Shown piece after piece: positions 27,257 through 37,220 of a stretch of DNA of 64,000 bases. The stretch lies in the NCBI GenBank assembly GCA_965205015.1, contig OZ242029.1:1440001-1504000 (forward strand). Direction: 5' to 3'. Under the pieces are notes generated by a model that ran no database searches, was not told where the DNA came from, and saw only the letters and a program-made list of their open reading frames with translations. The DNA is from Candidatus Poribacteria bacterium (GTDB lineage Bacteria; Poribacteria; WGA-4E; WGA-3G). Position 1 is the first letter of the stretch. The number at the start of each line of letters is the position of its first letter. Made by a program: the position numbers and the translations under genes.

Positions 27257-30200
27257 CTATTTGCGTATGAGCATCTTGCGTGTTGCGGTAAAGTCGCCTG
27301 CCATCAAAGTATAGAAATAGACACCACTCGCGACACGTTCACCTTGTGCATTTCTGCCATCCCAATATGCCGCACGGCTCCGGGTCCGATATACCCCTGC
27401 GCGTTGATGCCCTAATGCCACCGTCCGCACCAATGCCCCGTTCACAGCATAGATACACAGTGTCACTTCCGCAGGTGTCGCCAACTGATAGGGTATCCAC
27501 GTCTCCGGGTTGAACGGGTTGGGATAATTCACCAATAGAGCTGTCTCTTCCGGCGGTAACGCCGTCAAGAGACGTTCCAGCCAATCAATTCCGCGCTGCA
27601 AACGCACATCAAGGCGCGGTAAACGATATGCTGCTGCCAGCCACTGCTCTATTGTAGCACGCGACGACAGTGCCGCAGAAGTGCCAAGCGAAGCCGAAGG
27701 CGCAGCTGTAGCGCCGCCCAACTCACCCGCTACCAATACCAGATCCTGAATATTAACGACACCATCACCGTTGACATCCGCCATATTCTCACCCGTCTCT
27801 CCCAAATGCGAGGAGACCAACACCAAATCCTGGACATTCACCACACCATCTTCATTGACATCTGCACTCGGCCCGGTGTTCTGAGAAGGTTCTGTGAGTG
27901 AGTCAAACTCTACTTCAATCCCTCTTGCCTGCATCGAAGGAATATGTGTGTTAATGGAAGCATCGCTCAGTGGGTTCCGTCGAAGGTACAATCCTGGGTG
28001 GTTTCCCCGTGTCCCTGTCAGGTTTAACCTTTCCAGTGGGGACACATCCGAAATATTATTACCAGTAAGTTCCAAGTACTTGAGTTGTTTGAGTTCAGCG
28101 AGGGCGGAGACATCCGAAATGTTATTCCACGGAAGTTCCAAATACCAGAGTTGTTTGAGTCCAGCAAGCGCGGATATATCCGTGATGCTATTATGCCCAA
28201 GATCGAGTTCCCTGAGATTGTGGGCATGTTGAAGACCGGTGAGATTTTTTATCCCGCCACTATAGACCTTAAGCTTTGTTAGATTCAGCAGTGTGTGCGT
28301 CGTGATGGAGCCCTCAATCTCTTGCCGGATTGCGGCTGCCAAATTGGTATCTGGTATAGAGACAACTTCGGGAGGTGGTAGTAGGGAGGTAACATCATCC
28401 ACTGGAAAACTTGTCCATGAGTATGGGAAATTTCCATGAACATCCATAACATGCAGGCTTACAGTCTCGTTTCCCGGTTTTAAAGCAGTGGTGACAAAAT
28501 CAAAAGTACGGCTTGGATTTCCGTTTAAGTGCTTACAAGTAATCACTTCCAGAGAACCCGTTGCGGATCCACTCAGCGTTGTTGTAAGCAGCTGCACCTG
28601 GTGAAGTCCATCTGGATCGGTTACCTTGAAACGAAAGCGGATAGCATTGGGGGGAGAGACAAGGCTCGGTGGGAGCATCTCAATTTTAGTTTTTGCGTTG
28701 GCAGTGGTTTGGTGGGTGTTGAAGTAGCGGTGGACATCCAACCACTCCGCAGCACATTGCGACAATTCCCTGCGGACAGTCCCGTAAGACATCATGTAAG
28801 TATTACTACGGAAATCGTGACGCAAGCCAAAGGCATGTCCAAGTTCATGAGCAACTATGCTAAAATCAAGACAATCGAGGCCGTAGATGTTCGCTGATCC
28901 GCTATGACTTCCGCCGCCCCCACTACCGCATATTTTACGAGAATAAAAACTACGATCCAACACAACAAGACGGATACGTTTTGAACCGCGAAGCTGCTCC
29001 CCAATTTCTGAGAATGGGTTGTTATCGTGATCCGCGTAATCCGCATCCTCAAATCTCCCGACAATATGATACACAACGGCATTCCCGTGTGCGTCGGTTT
29101 CAAACTGGAAAGTTTTCCTACCGAATCCGTGTGCCTTCATCTGATCGGCATAAAATTGTTGGACATCCTTTATCAATTGATCCATCTTTACGTTTATGTT
29201 CGGAGGCGGTTGACGGTCGCGTGGACGGAAATAGATGAGCCGGACCACATACGCCGACTGCGTCAAGTCATTATCGAAACGGACATCTACGCCTGCCCCC
29301 TGTAGCCACGGGATATGTGTGCTGACGGCGGTGTCGCTCAGAGGATTGCCTTGCAAATAGAGCATCTGTAGACTTGTTGACGCTCTTAACTGCGCTAAGT
29401 CTACAAGGAATGATACATTTGATATCCAATTGTCCCTGAGTGCCAAGGTTGTCAGTTGTGTCAAGCCTACCAACGGCGACACATCCGAGATACTGTTGTT
29501 GTTAAGCGATAGGATTGTGAGATTTGAGGCGTGCTGCAGCCCGGTGAGGTCGTGAATGCCCGCATCGTTCGCGATCAGTGCCCTCAACTTCAGCATATCC
29601 GCAGCAGTCAGTGTTGCATCGGGCGGTTTCCGAAGGGTTTCCGTTATCCGTGCGCGGAGGTTGTCATCAGGGACAGACACGGGTGTGCTGCGCGGGCGAG
29701 CCGTCGCCGTAAACTGAACGGGTTTTAAAACATGTGCGGCGGTCACACGGACAGTCGTCGTGCCGAGGGTGGGTCCCATCCTCAACTGTGTTGCCGCCTT
29801 ACCTGTGGTATCCGTTGTTACAGTTGTCGCACTGAGTTTGCCGCCGCCACCCGTGATAGTAAACCGCACCGGCACGCCTGCAAATGCAAGATTCTGCTCA
29901 TCCCGCACTTCCACGACGAACGGGAACGGCACTGTCGAATTGATTCCGCCGTGTTGCGCGATCCCTGACACTTTCACGAGCGTCGTCGGGACGCGAGTGT
30001 CAAATTCTACCTCAATCCCTTTCGCTTGCATGGCGGGAATATGGGTGTTGATGGAAACGTAACTCAGTGGATTTCCCTCAATATCCAATCCTGTGCGGTT
30101 CCACTCCGTCCCTGTCAGATTTAGTCCCACTATAGGGGACACATCTGAGATGTTATTCCAAACAAGCCCCAACCCAGTGAGTTGCTTGAGAGTAGAAAGA

Positions 30201-31015
30201 GGGGATACATCCGAAATATTATTACCCCCAAGCTCCAACCCAGTGAGTTGTGTGAGGGCAGCAAGCGGGGATAGGTCCGTGATGTTATTACTGGAAAGCC
30301 CCAACTCGGTGAGTTGTTTAAGGGTAGCGAGAGGAGATATATCTGAAATATTATTTCTCCCAAGCTTCAACCTTTTGAGTCGTTTAAGTTCGGCGAGGGT
30401 GGATATATCCGAGATGCTATTCACCCCAAGATCCAACCCAGTGAGTTGTTCGAGTCCAGCAAGCGGAGACACATCCGAGATGTTATTAAACCGCAGGTCT
30501 AACCCAGTGAGTTGTTTGAGGGCAGCAAGCGGAGATATGTCTGAGATGTTATTCCAAACAAGCCCCAACCCAGTGAGTTGCTTGAGAGTAGAAAGAGGGG
30601 ATACATCCGAAATATTATTACCCCCAAGTTCCAACCCAGTGAGTTGTGTGAGGGCAGCAAGCGGGGATAGGTCCGTGATGCTATTACTCCGAAGCACCAA
30701 CCCAGTGAGTTGTTTGAGAGCAGAAAGGGGGAATAGGTCCGATATTTCATTCGTGTTAAGGATCAATACCTCGAGGTTGCGTGCGTGTTCAAGACCGGTG
30801 AGATTTTTTATCCCGCGACCAGGGGCTTCAAGCCGCGTGAGCTTCAGCAGCGTGTGCGTCGTGATAGAATTGCCAATCTCTTGCCGGATTGCGGCTGCTA
30901 AATTCGCATCGGGTATGGACACAACTTTAGGCTGTCCCTGTTGTGCTTGTGAAAAGTTTGCGATTAACAGACCGAATAGAACCGCGATCCTAACAAATAG
31001 ACGTTTGACGTGCAT
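27257..31015 (-). CDS. Secreted internalin-like LRR protein with Ig-like domain, metzincin metallopeptidase, dockerin-like repeat and T9SS-CTD-like tail
   Basis: 22-aa LRRs; HELGHAFGLRH plus Met-turn (YMMSY); DVNEDGVVNVQDL / DVNGDGVVNIQDL; NYPNPFNPETWIPYQL. Confidence 0.9.
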   Translation of the reverse strand: MHVKRLFVRIAVLFGLLIANFSQAQQGQPKVVSIPDANLAAAIRQEIGNSITTHTLLKLTRLEAPGRGIKNLTGLEHARNLEVLILNTNEISDLFPLSALKQLTGLVLRSNSITDLSPLAALTQLTGLELGGNNISDVSPLSTLKQLTGLGLVWNNISDISPLAALKQLTGLDLRFNNISDVSPLAGLEQLTGLDLGVNSISDISTLAELKRLKRLKLGRNNISDISPLATLKQLTELGLSSNNITDLSPLAALTQLTGLELGGNNISDVSPLSTLKQLTGLGLVWNNISDVSPIVGLNLTGTEWNRTGLDIEGNPLSYVSINTHIPAMQAKGIEVEFDTRVPTTLVKVSGIAQHGGINSTVPFPFVVEVRDEQNLAFAGVPVRFTITGGGGKLSATTVTTDTTGKAATQLRMGPTLGTTTVRVTAAHVLKPVQFTATARPRSTPVSVPDDNLRARITETLRKPPDATLTAADMLKLRALIANDAGIHDLTGLQHASNLTILSLNNNSISDVSPLVGLTQLTTLALRDNWISNVSFLVDLAQLRASTSLQMLYLQGNPLSDTAVSTHIPWLQGAGVDVRFDNDLTQSAYVVRLIYFRPRDRQPPPNINVKMDQLIKDVQQFYADQMKAHGFGRKTFQFETDAHGNAVVYHIVGRFEDADYADHDNNPFSEIGEQLRGSKRIRLVVLDRSFYSRKICGSGGGGSHSGSANIYGLDCLDFSIVAHELGHAFGLRHDFRSNTYMMSYGTVRRELSQCAAEWLDVHRYFNTHQTTANAKTKIEMLPPSLVSPPNAIRFRFKVTDPDGLHQVQLLTTTLSGSATGSLEVITCKHLNGNPSRTFDFVTTALKPGNETVSLHVMDVHGNFPYSWTSFPVDDVTSLLPPPEVVSIPDTNLAAAIRQEIEGSITTHTLLNLTKLKVYSGGIKNLTGLQHAHNLRELDLGHNSITDISALAGLKQLWYLELPWNNISDVSALAELKQLKYLELTGNNISDVSPLERLNLTGTRGNHPGLYLRRNPLSDASINTHIPSMQARGIEVEFDSLTEPSQNTGPSADVNEDGVVNVQDLVLVSSHLGETGENMADVNGDGVVNIQDLVLVAGELGGATAAPSASLGTSAALSSRATIEQWLAAAYRLPRLDVRLQRGIDWLERLLTALPPEETALLVNYPNPFNPETWIPYQLATPAEVTLCIYAVNGALVRTVALGHQRAGVYRTRSRAAYWDGRNAQGERVASGVYFYTLMAGDFTATRKMLIRK

Positions 31016-31094
31016 GTAAGAGTCTCCATAGCACTATTCTGAGTAGGACTTACGCAGACATGCGATAAATCGCATGACTACAAACAGATATACC

Positions 31095-31799
31095 TTAGAA
31101 ATCTGGCTGTATCCATAACTGGTAGCCAACGCCCTCGGAAGTCAATGCCACAATGTTATTCTGTTCTGGAACCGCTAATACATCGTTGTGATACAATCGC
31201 ACGCGTACTGTCTCTACGGGGCGCGTGATATCAAAAGTAGCAACGCCATCGGCATCTTGGAATCTGTGCAGACAGACTGCTTCCGCGCCTGTAAGCATTG
31301 CGTGTGCATCCCATGCCTTTACACCTGCCTCCGCCGATAGGACATTTTCCCGTATCCTGAGGTGCGTCTCACTTTCATCCATTGTCTCCCCTGCCTCTAA
31401 AATAATTGCAGCAGATTCGGCATAGGATGGTACCTTGCAAACCGCGATTTCAATTCCGGTTTCGCCTGGTAGCACCTCATAAGTAGTATGATGTGGAATA
31501 TGCGCTACACACGCCGCGCTGTGAAAAACGTCCGGACGCTCGCCCAAAATTCCGTTCGCTTTGTTGCCGTTATGTCCGATCAGTAAGGTGCCCTGTCCAC
31601 CTAACGCAATCAAGGCGACTTCAGTATCATCAGAATGGTCAAAAAAGGGGGTTTCGGGGGTGAGATTCAGAATTCCGAAATGGAGTTTCGTGATGCCCAT
31701 TTCGCCGGGCGTTACAATTTCGGTGTAGCCCTCGGTAGGTTTTTTAATTTTACCTTGCGGATAAGTATCGTGATAAGAACTTTGAAAGTTTTTGATCAC
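31095..31799 (-). CDS. IolB/KduI-like cupin protein (5-deoxy-glucuronate isomerase family, divergent)
   Basis: LHFGILNL, EVALIALGG, LGERPDVF; the expected His-rich active-site segment is not obvious. Confidence 0.55.
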   Translation of the reverse strand: MIKNFQSSYHDTYPQGKIKKPTEGYTEIVTPGEMGITKLHFGILNLTPETPFFDHSDDTEVALIALGGQGTLLIGHNGNKANGILGERPDVFHSAACVAHIPHHTTYEVLPGETGIEIAVCKVPSYAESAAIILEAGETMDESETHLRIRENVLSAEAGVKAWDAHAMLTGAEAVCLHRFQDADGVATFDITRPVETVRVRLYHNDVLAVPEQNNIVALTSEGVGYQLWIQPDF

Positions 31800-31840
31800 G
31801 AGTCGCCCTCCAAATGTAAAGCAAAGACAAATTATGCCAT

Positions 31841-32494
31841 TTAAGGTATAATTTCATTACGGGCTACGGTTTTGGTATCAGAGTTTTCAGTAGACTTGGG
31901 AAAGTTTGATAGGCGTTCAACGAGGCTCGCTAACGGCAGCCCAACGACATTAAAATAACACCCCTCAATGCGCCGAACGAACGCTGCGCCCCGTCCTTGG
32001 ATGCCATACGCGCCCGCCTTATCTGATGCTTCCCCGCTCGCAATATAGGCGGCTATCTCGGTACTATGCAATTCCCGAAAGTAAACCTGTGTTGTTTCTG
32101 ACCAGACGCTCTCGCGTCCTGTCCCTGCTTCCACCAAGGCTACACCTGTAACAACCTCATGGCATGTGCCACTCAGGCGTGTCAACATTTCGAACGCGTC
32201 TGTATCGTCGGTCGGTTTACCGAGAAGTGTCCCCTCCAACGATACCAAAGTATCCGCACCGATAATTATACTTTCATTAAAGTGCTGCGCAACATCTATT
32301 GCCTTCAGCAAGGCGAGTTTCTGTGTTACTTCACTCGCAGGGCTATTTAAATACGCGTTGGGTGATGGTTCTATAATATCACTGGGACGCACCTCAAACG
32401 TTATGCCGATCTGGGATAATAAAGCAGAACGGCGAGGTGACGCAGATGCCAGAACCAATCGCGGGATTTTTAGAGCGGATTCGCGCGTTTGCAT
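31841..32494 (-). CDS. maf: Maf family nucleoside triphosphate pyrophosphatase
   Basis: LVLASASPRR, IGADT, LGKP, DKAGAYGIQG, NVVGLP. Confidence 0.95.
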   Translation of the reverse strand: MQTRESALKIPRLVLASASPRRSALLSQIGITFEVRPSDIIEPSPNAYLNSPASEVTQKLALLKAIDVAQHFNESIIIGADTLVSLEGTLLGKPTDDTDAFEMLTRLSGTCHEVVTGVALVEAGTGRESVWSETTQVYFRELHSTEIAAYIASGEASDKAGAYGIQGRGAAFVRRIEGCYFNVVGLPLASLVERLSNFPKSTENSDTKTVARNEIIP

Positions 32495-32495
32495 G

Positions 32496-32804
32496 CTACT
32501 TCAGGTAGTATAAGCGTGTACCTTGTTCTGTGCGGATTTGCAATAAATCCACCTCGACCAACTCTTGCAGCGCGTTCCTAAGACCCCGCTTAGAAAACCC
32601 GATATTTTTAAGACGCTGGTCGGATTCTGGTACACGAAACCATCCCGGTTCTTCACCAGAACAATATGCCTTTTTCATAACCCCTAACACACTATACAAA
32701 CGCAAAGTCTTCGGAGGTAAGCCAACAAGGGGATTAATTTTAGCAAAGGATTGAAGGGATCCATTCCGCATTGCTTCAGTCCATAAAGAGATAGAATTAC
32801 TCAT
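32496..32804 (-). CDS. Small winged-helix-like hypothetical protein
   Basis: GFSKRGLRNALQELVEVDLLQI; directly upstream of maf. Confidence 0.55.
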   Translation of the reverse strand: MSNSISLWTEAMRNGSLQSFAKINPLVGLPPKTLRLYSVLGVMKKAYCSGEEPGWFRVPESDQRLKNIGFSKRGLRNALQELVEVDLLQIRTEQGTRLYYLK

Positions 32805-33109
32805 ATCTTGAGTAACGCCTCTATCTACAAACTGGTTACAAAAAAATTTTTAATTATATCTTGCGGTTCGGTCAAGTGGTTTGTGATATTCACGTTCTCC
32901 TCCGTATATCCGCCTGCGTGTTTTTGCAAACGCTGAAATCCAATGCGAAGAAAGTCTTTGCTTGGTGTCTTTGCTTGGGTGTTTCTGCGTATTTCTGCGT
33001 ATTTCTGCGTATTGTTGCAGGCTATGTCATCTTCTAAATTATAGTTGAATTTGACAAATTCAGGACATCATGATAAATTCTATTAAATTTTATAGAGGAC
33101 AGGGCACTA

Positions 33110-35080
33110 TTGGCTCCAATAAACGAAAATCGTCTCTCAGGACGTTCCTTCCTGCTCGGCACCTGCTTCGTTATTGTTATATGTTGCATCGTCTCCTACG
33201 CCGAATTAGTAATTACCTACATCCAAATTGGGTTTCTGCAACTTCCACCCGCGGTTATTGGGCTTTTCTTCTTTCTGGTATTAGGGAATCGGTTGCTTGA
33301 AAGACTGAACGCCCGATTTGGGTTGTCACCCCGCGAATTGATGTGCATTTACTGTATGATGCTCGTCGCATCGATGATTTCATCGCGTGGTGTTATGGAA
33401 AAACTCATCCCTGCCCTCATTGCCGTCAACTACTTCACCAACGAAACTAACAGTTGGGACACGCTCTTTTTCCCACACATCAAGCCGTGGCTGATTCCCT
33501 TTTCACCTGAACAGAAAGGACAAGCAACGATCGCCATCAGTTTCTATGAGGGTATACAAACAGGCGACACTGTTCCGTGGCAGGCATGGGTAGAGCCCCT
33601 ATGCGTCTGGGGTGTGCTTGTCTTTTTGGTGTTTACGGCGTTTCTCTGCTTAGCAGCAATTCTCCGGAAACAGTGGATTGAGAACGAGAAACTCACATTC
33701 CCGTTAGTCTCATTACCGCTTGAGTTTGTACACGAGGGACGCGGCTTCCTTCGGAACCGCCTGATGTGGTTCGGGTTTGCACTGCCCGCTCTCATCTTTA
33801 CGTTGAACGGACTTCACGAAATCTGGCCCCAAATCCCGAATCTATCGTTGAGGTACGTACTCAATCAATACTTCACAGAACGACCCTTCAACGCTATGGT
33901 GTACACCCCGATTTTCCTGTCCTTCGCGGCGGTAGGATTCTTTTATCTGCTCCCCACTCAACTCCTTTTCAGTCTATGGTTCTTTTTCTTACTCACACGG
34001 TTCCAAGATGTTATCGCTGCGATATTTGGTTGGCGGGTAAGCACGATGCCGCTCTACCCAACCCGACTCTATATCGGTTATCAAGTTGCTGGCGCTTATA
34101 TGGTACTCGTAATTTCGTTCATCTACATGGGGTTCCCACACTTTCGGCAGGTGTTTCGTCGCGCCTTTACGGGATGGGGAACCCAGCCCCTACCGAAAAC
34201 GGATGACACGGCGGAACTTTTGCCCTACCGCACGGCAGCTTGGGGACTCGTCGTCAGTTTAATCCTTGCGATAGGGTGGTGTTACACGGCAGGGCTGAAT
34301 TTAGGCTTCGCGGCGTTCGAGATACTGGTTTATGTATGTATTGTTGCCGTGGTGATGGCACGTAGCACAGCGGAAGGTGGACTGCTCATGACGGAAACAT
34401 CGTTCCGACCTCTGGATCTCTATCAACTCATCTCAACCAAAGCCGCCCTGGGGGCGCAGAGTCTCACTGTACTGTCATTTCTCGATGCAATCTTCACACG
34501 CGATCAGCGCGGTCTCATCCTCACAGGCTTCTTAGACGGCTTAAAAATTAGGGATCGGGTGGGAATGTCGTATCGTTCGTTGGTGGGGGTGTTTGTGTTA
34601 GGGAGTACACTCGCATTTCTGTGTGCCGCCGTCATTCATCTATGGCTCCCGTATACCCACGGCGCCAATTACATGTATAGCTACACCTATCGCGGCAATC
34701 CGCTCTGGGCATTTCAGGACAACGTCGCAGCGATGGAAGGATTAGGGACCGACCTCCGCACAACAGGAGGGCTCTTTTTTGGCATTGGCGCGTTCGTAAC
34801 AACAGGCTTAGTTATCTTGAGAATGCTATATTGGTGGTGGCCCCTCCATCCCCTTGGATATGCACTATCGGCTTCGTGGACACTGATCGTGTTCTGGTTT
34901 CCCGTTTTCATCGCATGGGGCATCAAAACGCCGCTCCTCCGTTACAGCGGTATCCGACAATATCAACGGCTCCGCCCCTTCTTTTTAGGCATGGTCTTCG
35001 GAGAATTTAGCATGGCGGTTCTCTGGACGCTTATCAGTTGGAGTACGAATGTGCCTGCCCCGTTCTTTCCCTGGCCATAA
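33110..35080 (+). CDS. Polytopic membrane protein, DUF6785/DUF6784-like (putative transporter)
   Basis: Many TM helices; RKQWIENEKLTFPL, WWPLHPLGY, PFFLGMVFGE. Confidence 0.7.
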   Translation: MAPINENRLSGRSFLLGTCFVIVICCIVSYAELVITYIQIGFLQLPPAVIGLFFFLVLGNRLLERLNARFGLSPRELMCIYCMMLVASMISSRGVMEKLIPALIAVNYFTNETNSWDTLFFPHIKPWLIPFSPEQKGQATIAISFYEGIQTGDTVPWQAWVEPLCVWGVLVFLVFTAFLCLAAILRKQWIENEKLTFPLVSLPLEFVHEGRGFLRNRLMWFGFALPALIFTLNGLHEIWPQIPNLSLRYVLNQYFTERPFNAMVYTPIFLSFAAVGFFYLLPTQLLFSLWFFFLLTRFQDVIAAIFGWRVSTMPLYPTRLYIGYQVAGAYMVLVISFIYMGFPHFRQVFRRAFTGWGTQPLPKTDDTAELLPYRTAAWGLVVSLILAIGWCYTAGLNLGFAAFEILVYVCIVAVVMARSTAEGGLLMTETSFRPLDLYQLISTKAALGAQSLTVLSFLDAIFTRDQRGLILTGFLDGLKIRDRVGMSYRSLVGVFVLGSTLAFLCAAVIHLWLPYTHGANYMYSYTYRGNPLWAFQDNVAAMEGLGTDLRTTGGLFFGIGAFVTTGLVILRMLYWWWPLHPLGYALSASWTLIVFWFPVFIAWGIKTPLLRYSGIRQYQRLRPFFLGMVFGEFSMAVLWTLISWSTNVPAPFFPWP

Positions 35081-35173
35081 AGAAAACATTCCGTTGCGAA
35101 TTAGTTTGGCAGATGATATAATTGCCTTAACTTCAGTTTCAACTTACTGCAAAAACGTGGCGAATTAGGAGAA

Positions 35174-36676
35174 ATGACGATGAGTCAAATTAGAGATATG
35201 CAGCAGCACCCGAACGTCGAAATCTCAGTTAGAAATTTCGGACCGATTGCAGAAGCGAACATTGACCTGCGTCCATTGACGGTATTTATCGGTCCCAGCA
35301 ATACCGGCAAGACCTATTTTTCCACGCAAATCTACACACTACATAGCATTTTCAACGGCTTTTCAGAGTCGGGTTTTTTATCTCCTTTTGGACCAACGAG
35401 TTTCATGGAACTGATGACAGGTAACAATCCAGAACGTGGAATCCTGTTAGATCCTGCTATTGCGGAAGAAGAGATCCAAGAGTTGGCGAAACTGGTAAAA
35501 GCGAGTGAAGGACCGATCAAATTATCAGATTTGACTACGAGAATGCAAAATCAGTTACAGGATATTATCAAGGAATCGAAGGTTTTCAGAGAACCGCTAC
35601 AAGAAGGACTCAAAAATTGCTTCGACCTGAATTCTATTTTGCCTCTAATAAGGTTGACAGAGACACAGCATAATGAAATGTTAGTCTCTCTGAAAGTCAG
35701 TAAAGGAAATAAGGAATGTTGGAAAATCAATCTAAAGGTTTCCGAGTCGGGGATTGTTGTTGACGGGTCAATCGGTGAGGGTATACACCTATTTCCAGAA
35801 GGATGGTCGATGTCCATAAGTGGGTTAGCAGAAAATGAACAGAGAGTTTCTTTTAACCATCCTTGGCCGAATTCACTAAAAAGAAATCGGTATTATTTGC
35901 CAGCTGCTCGGAGCGGCATTATGCAGAGCCATCGAGTTATAATGAGTTCCCTTGTTAAACGCACTACTCGAGTCGGTTTAGAACGTTTCCCAGAGGTGCC
36001 AACCTTGCCAGGAGTGATAGCGGAATTCATGCAACAAATCATTCTTTACGAAGAAGACAGGGTCCCTAACGGAGAAATACAGCACATTGCAGATGTATTA
36101 GAAACTGATGTACTTGCTGGGCAAATACATGTGAAACCATCACCAAGTGGATATCCGGACTTCCGTTACCGTCCATGCGGGACAAAAGAGGATATGCGTC
36201 TAAGTCAAGCCTCATCAATGGTATCTGAACTTGCCCCTCTGGCCCTGTTTATTCGAGGTCTCATCCGCCCTGGCGATACACTTATCATTGAAGAGCCCGA
36301 AGCACATTTGCACCCGGGTGCCCAGACAGAAATCGCCGCTACCTTAGGACGCTTGATACGCGCCGGAGTCCGCGTAGTGGTAACAACGCATAGCGATTGG
36401 TTACTCAAGGAAATCGGGAATCTGATTCGTGAAGGCGTTCTTATGGAAAAAGGTGAATTGCGGAAGAAATCTAACGGACCAGAAAGTTGGCTACTGCCAA
36501 ATGAGGTCGGGGCGTGGCAATTCCACAGGGAAAAACCTGTGGAACCACTACACTTTACGAATCTTGATGGAATAGATCCACCGGATTACGAGGAATTAGC
36601 ACTGAATCTGTATAACCGCTCAGCCGGACTCCACAACCAACTCGAGGTAACGGAAGGCGATAATACCAGTGAATGA
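35174..36676 (+). CDS. ABC-type AAA_15/AAA_21 ATPase
   Basis: NFGPI, GPSNTGKT, YLPAARSG, ASSMVSEL, IIEEPEAHLHP, TTHSD. Confidence 0.85.
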   Translation: MTMSQIRDMQQHPNVEISVRNFGPIAEANIDLRPLTVFIGPSNTGKTYFSTQIYTLHSIFNGFSESGFLSPFGPTSFMELMTGNNPERGILLDPAIAEEEIQELAKLVKASEGPIKLSDLTTRMQNQLQDIIKESKVFREPLQEGLKNCFDLNSILPLIRLTETQHNEMLVSLKVSKGNKECWKINLKVSESGIVVDGSIGEGIHLFPEGWSMSISGLAENEQRVSFNHPWPNSLKRNRYYLPAARSGIMQSHRVIMSSLVKRTTRVGLERFPEVPTLPGVIAEFMQQIILYEEDRVPNGEIQHIADVLETDVLAGQIHVKPSPSGYPDFRYRPCGTKEDMRLSQASSMVSELAPLALFIRGLIRPGDTLIIEEPEAHLHPGAQTEIAATLGRLIRAGVRVVVTTHSDWLLKEIGNLIREGVLMEKGELRKKSNGPESWLLPNEVGAWQFHREKPVEPLHFTNLDGIDPPDYEELALNLYNRSAGLHNQLEVTEGDNTSE

Positions 36677-37166
36677 GCGTCAGGTTTTTGGCGAAATTCA
36701 AAGACAAATCAACAGAGATAGCTTGATCAATTCCTGTAGTGGTGAAGGTTGTACCGTGGACATGGAGGGCGTTCCGTCTAAACGAATTATAGTCCATGTG
36801 GAAAATGAATTTGATCTTCAAAAGAGGACTGAAAAGCGGTGTGACCGGCTTCTTTTTTTCGTTAACACAGAAAACAGACTCGTAGCAGTGCCGATTGAAC
36901 TCAAGAGCGGCACAGCTCAAGAATCTGATGTCGTTGAAAAATTGGAAAACAGCCTGAAGTTTGCCGAAAGAATTGCCGCAGCAACGAGCACTCCTCGGAC
37001 AGAATACTGTCCGGTTCTATTTCATGGTCGAGGCATTAAATGGAACAACCCGAGAGGACTCAAACAACTCAGAGTGCGATTCCGTGGGGATTTGCTAGTC
37101 CTGAGAGGAAAGTGCAGTGGTAAAAATCATCTAGCAAATCTCCTGATTAACTCTGGCTACCTCTGA
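36669..37166 (+). CDS. Putative PD-(D/E)XK-fold nuclease, partner of the ATPase
   Basis: RCDRLLF...PIELKSG motif; 8-nt overlap with the ATPase gene. Confidence 0.6.
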   Translation: MNERQVFGEIQRQINRDSLINSCSGEGCTVDMEGVPSKRIIVHVENEFDLQKRTEKRCDRLLFFVNTENRLVAVPIELKSGTAQESDVVEKLENSLKFAERIAAATSTPRTEYCPVLFHGRGIKWNNPRGLKQLRVRFRGDLLVLRGKCSGKNHLANLLINSGYL

Positions 37167-37220
37167 TCTGCTATGCGATATGCTTGTTGCAACAAGAAAC
37201 GTACTTTTTACAAATCTCCT

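Larger units (their letters stand above)
26749..27260. mobile_element. ~500-bp composite MITE with 13-bp perfect inverted repeats
   Basis: GTATCAAATGACC (26757-26769) / GGTCATTTGATAC (27245-27257); TATAGT left terminus. Confidence 0.65.

Noticed and set aside
30093-31019. 308-aa plus-strand ORF with repeats
   Set aside because: Antisense shadow of the LRR repeats
32955-33015. Decamer tandem repeats (ATTTCTGCGT)
   Set aside because: Part of a dispersed repeat body; no array or coding evidence
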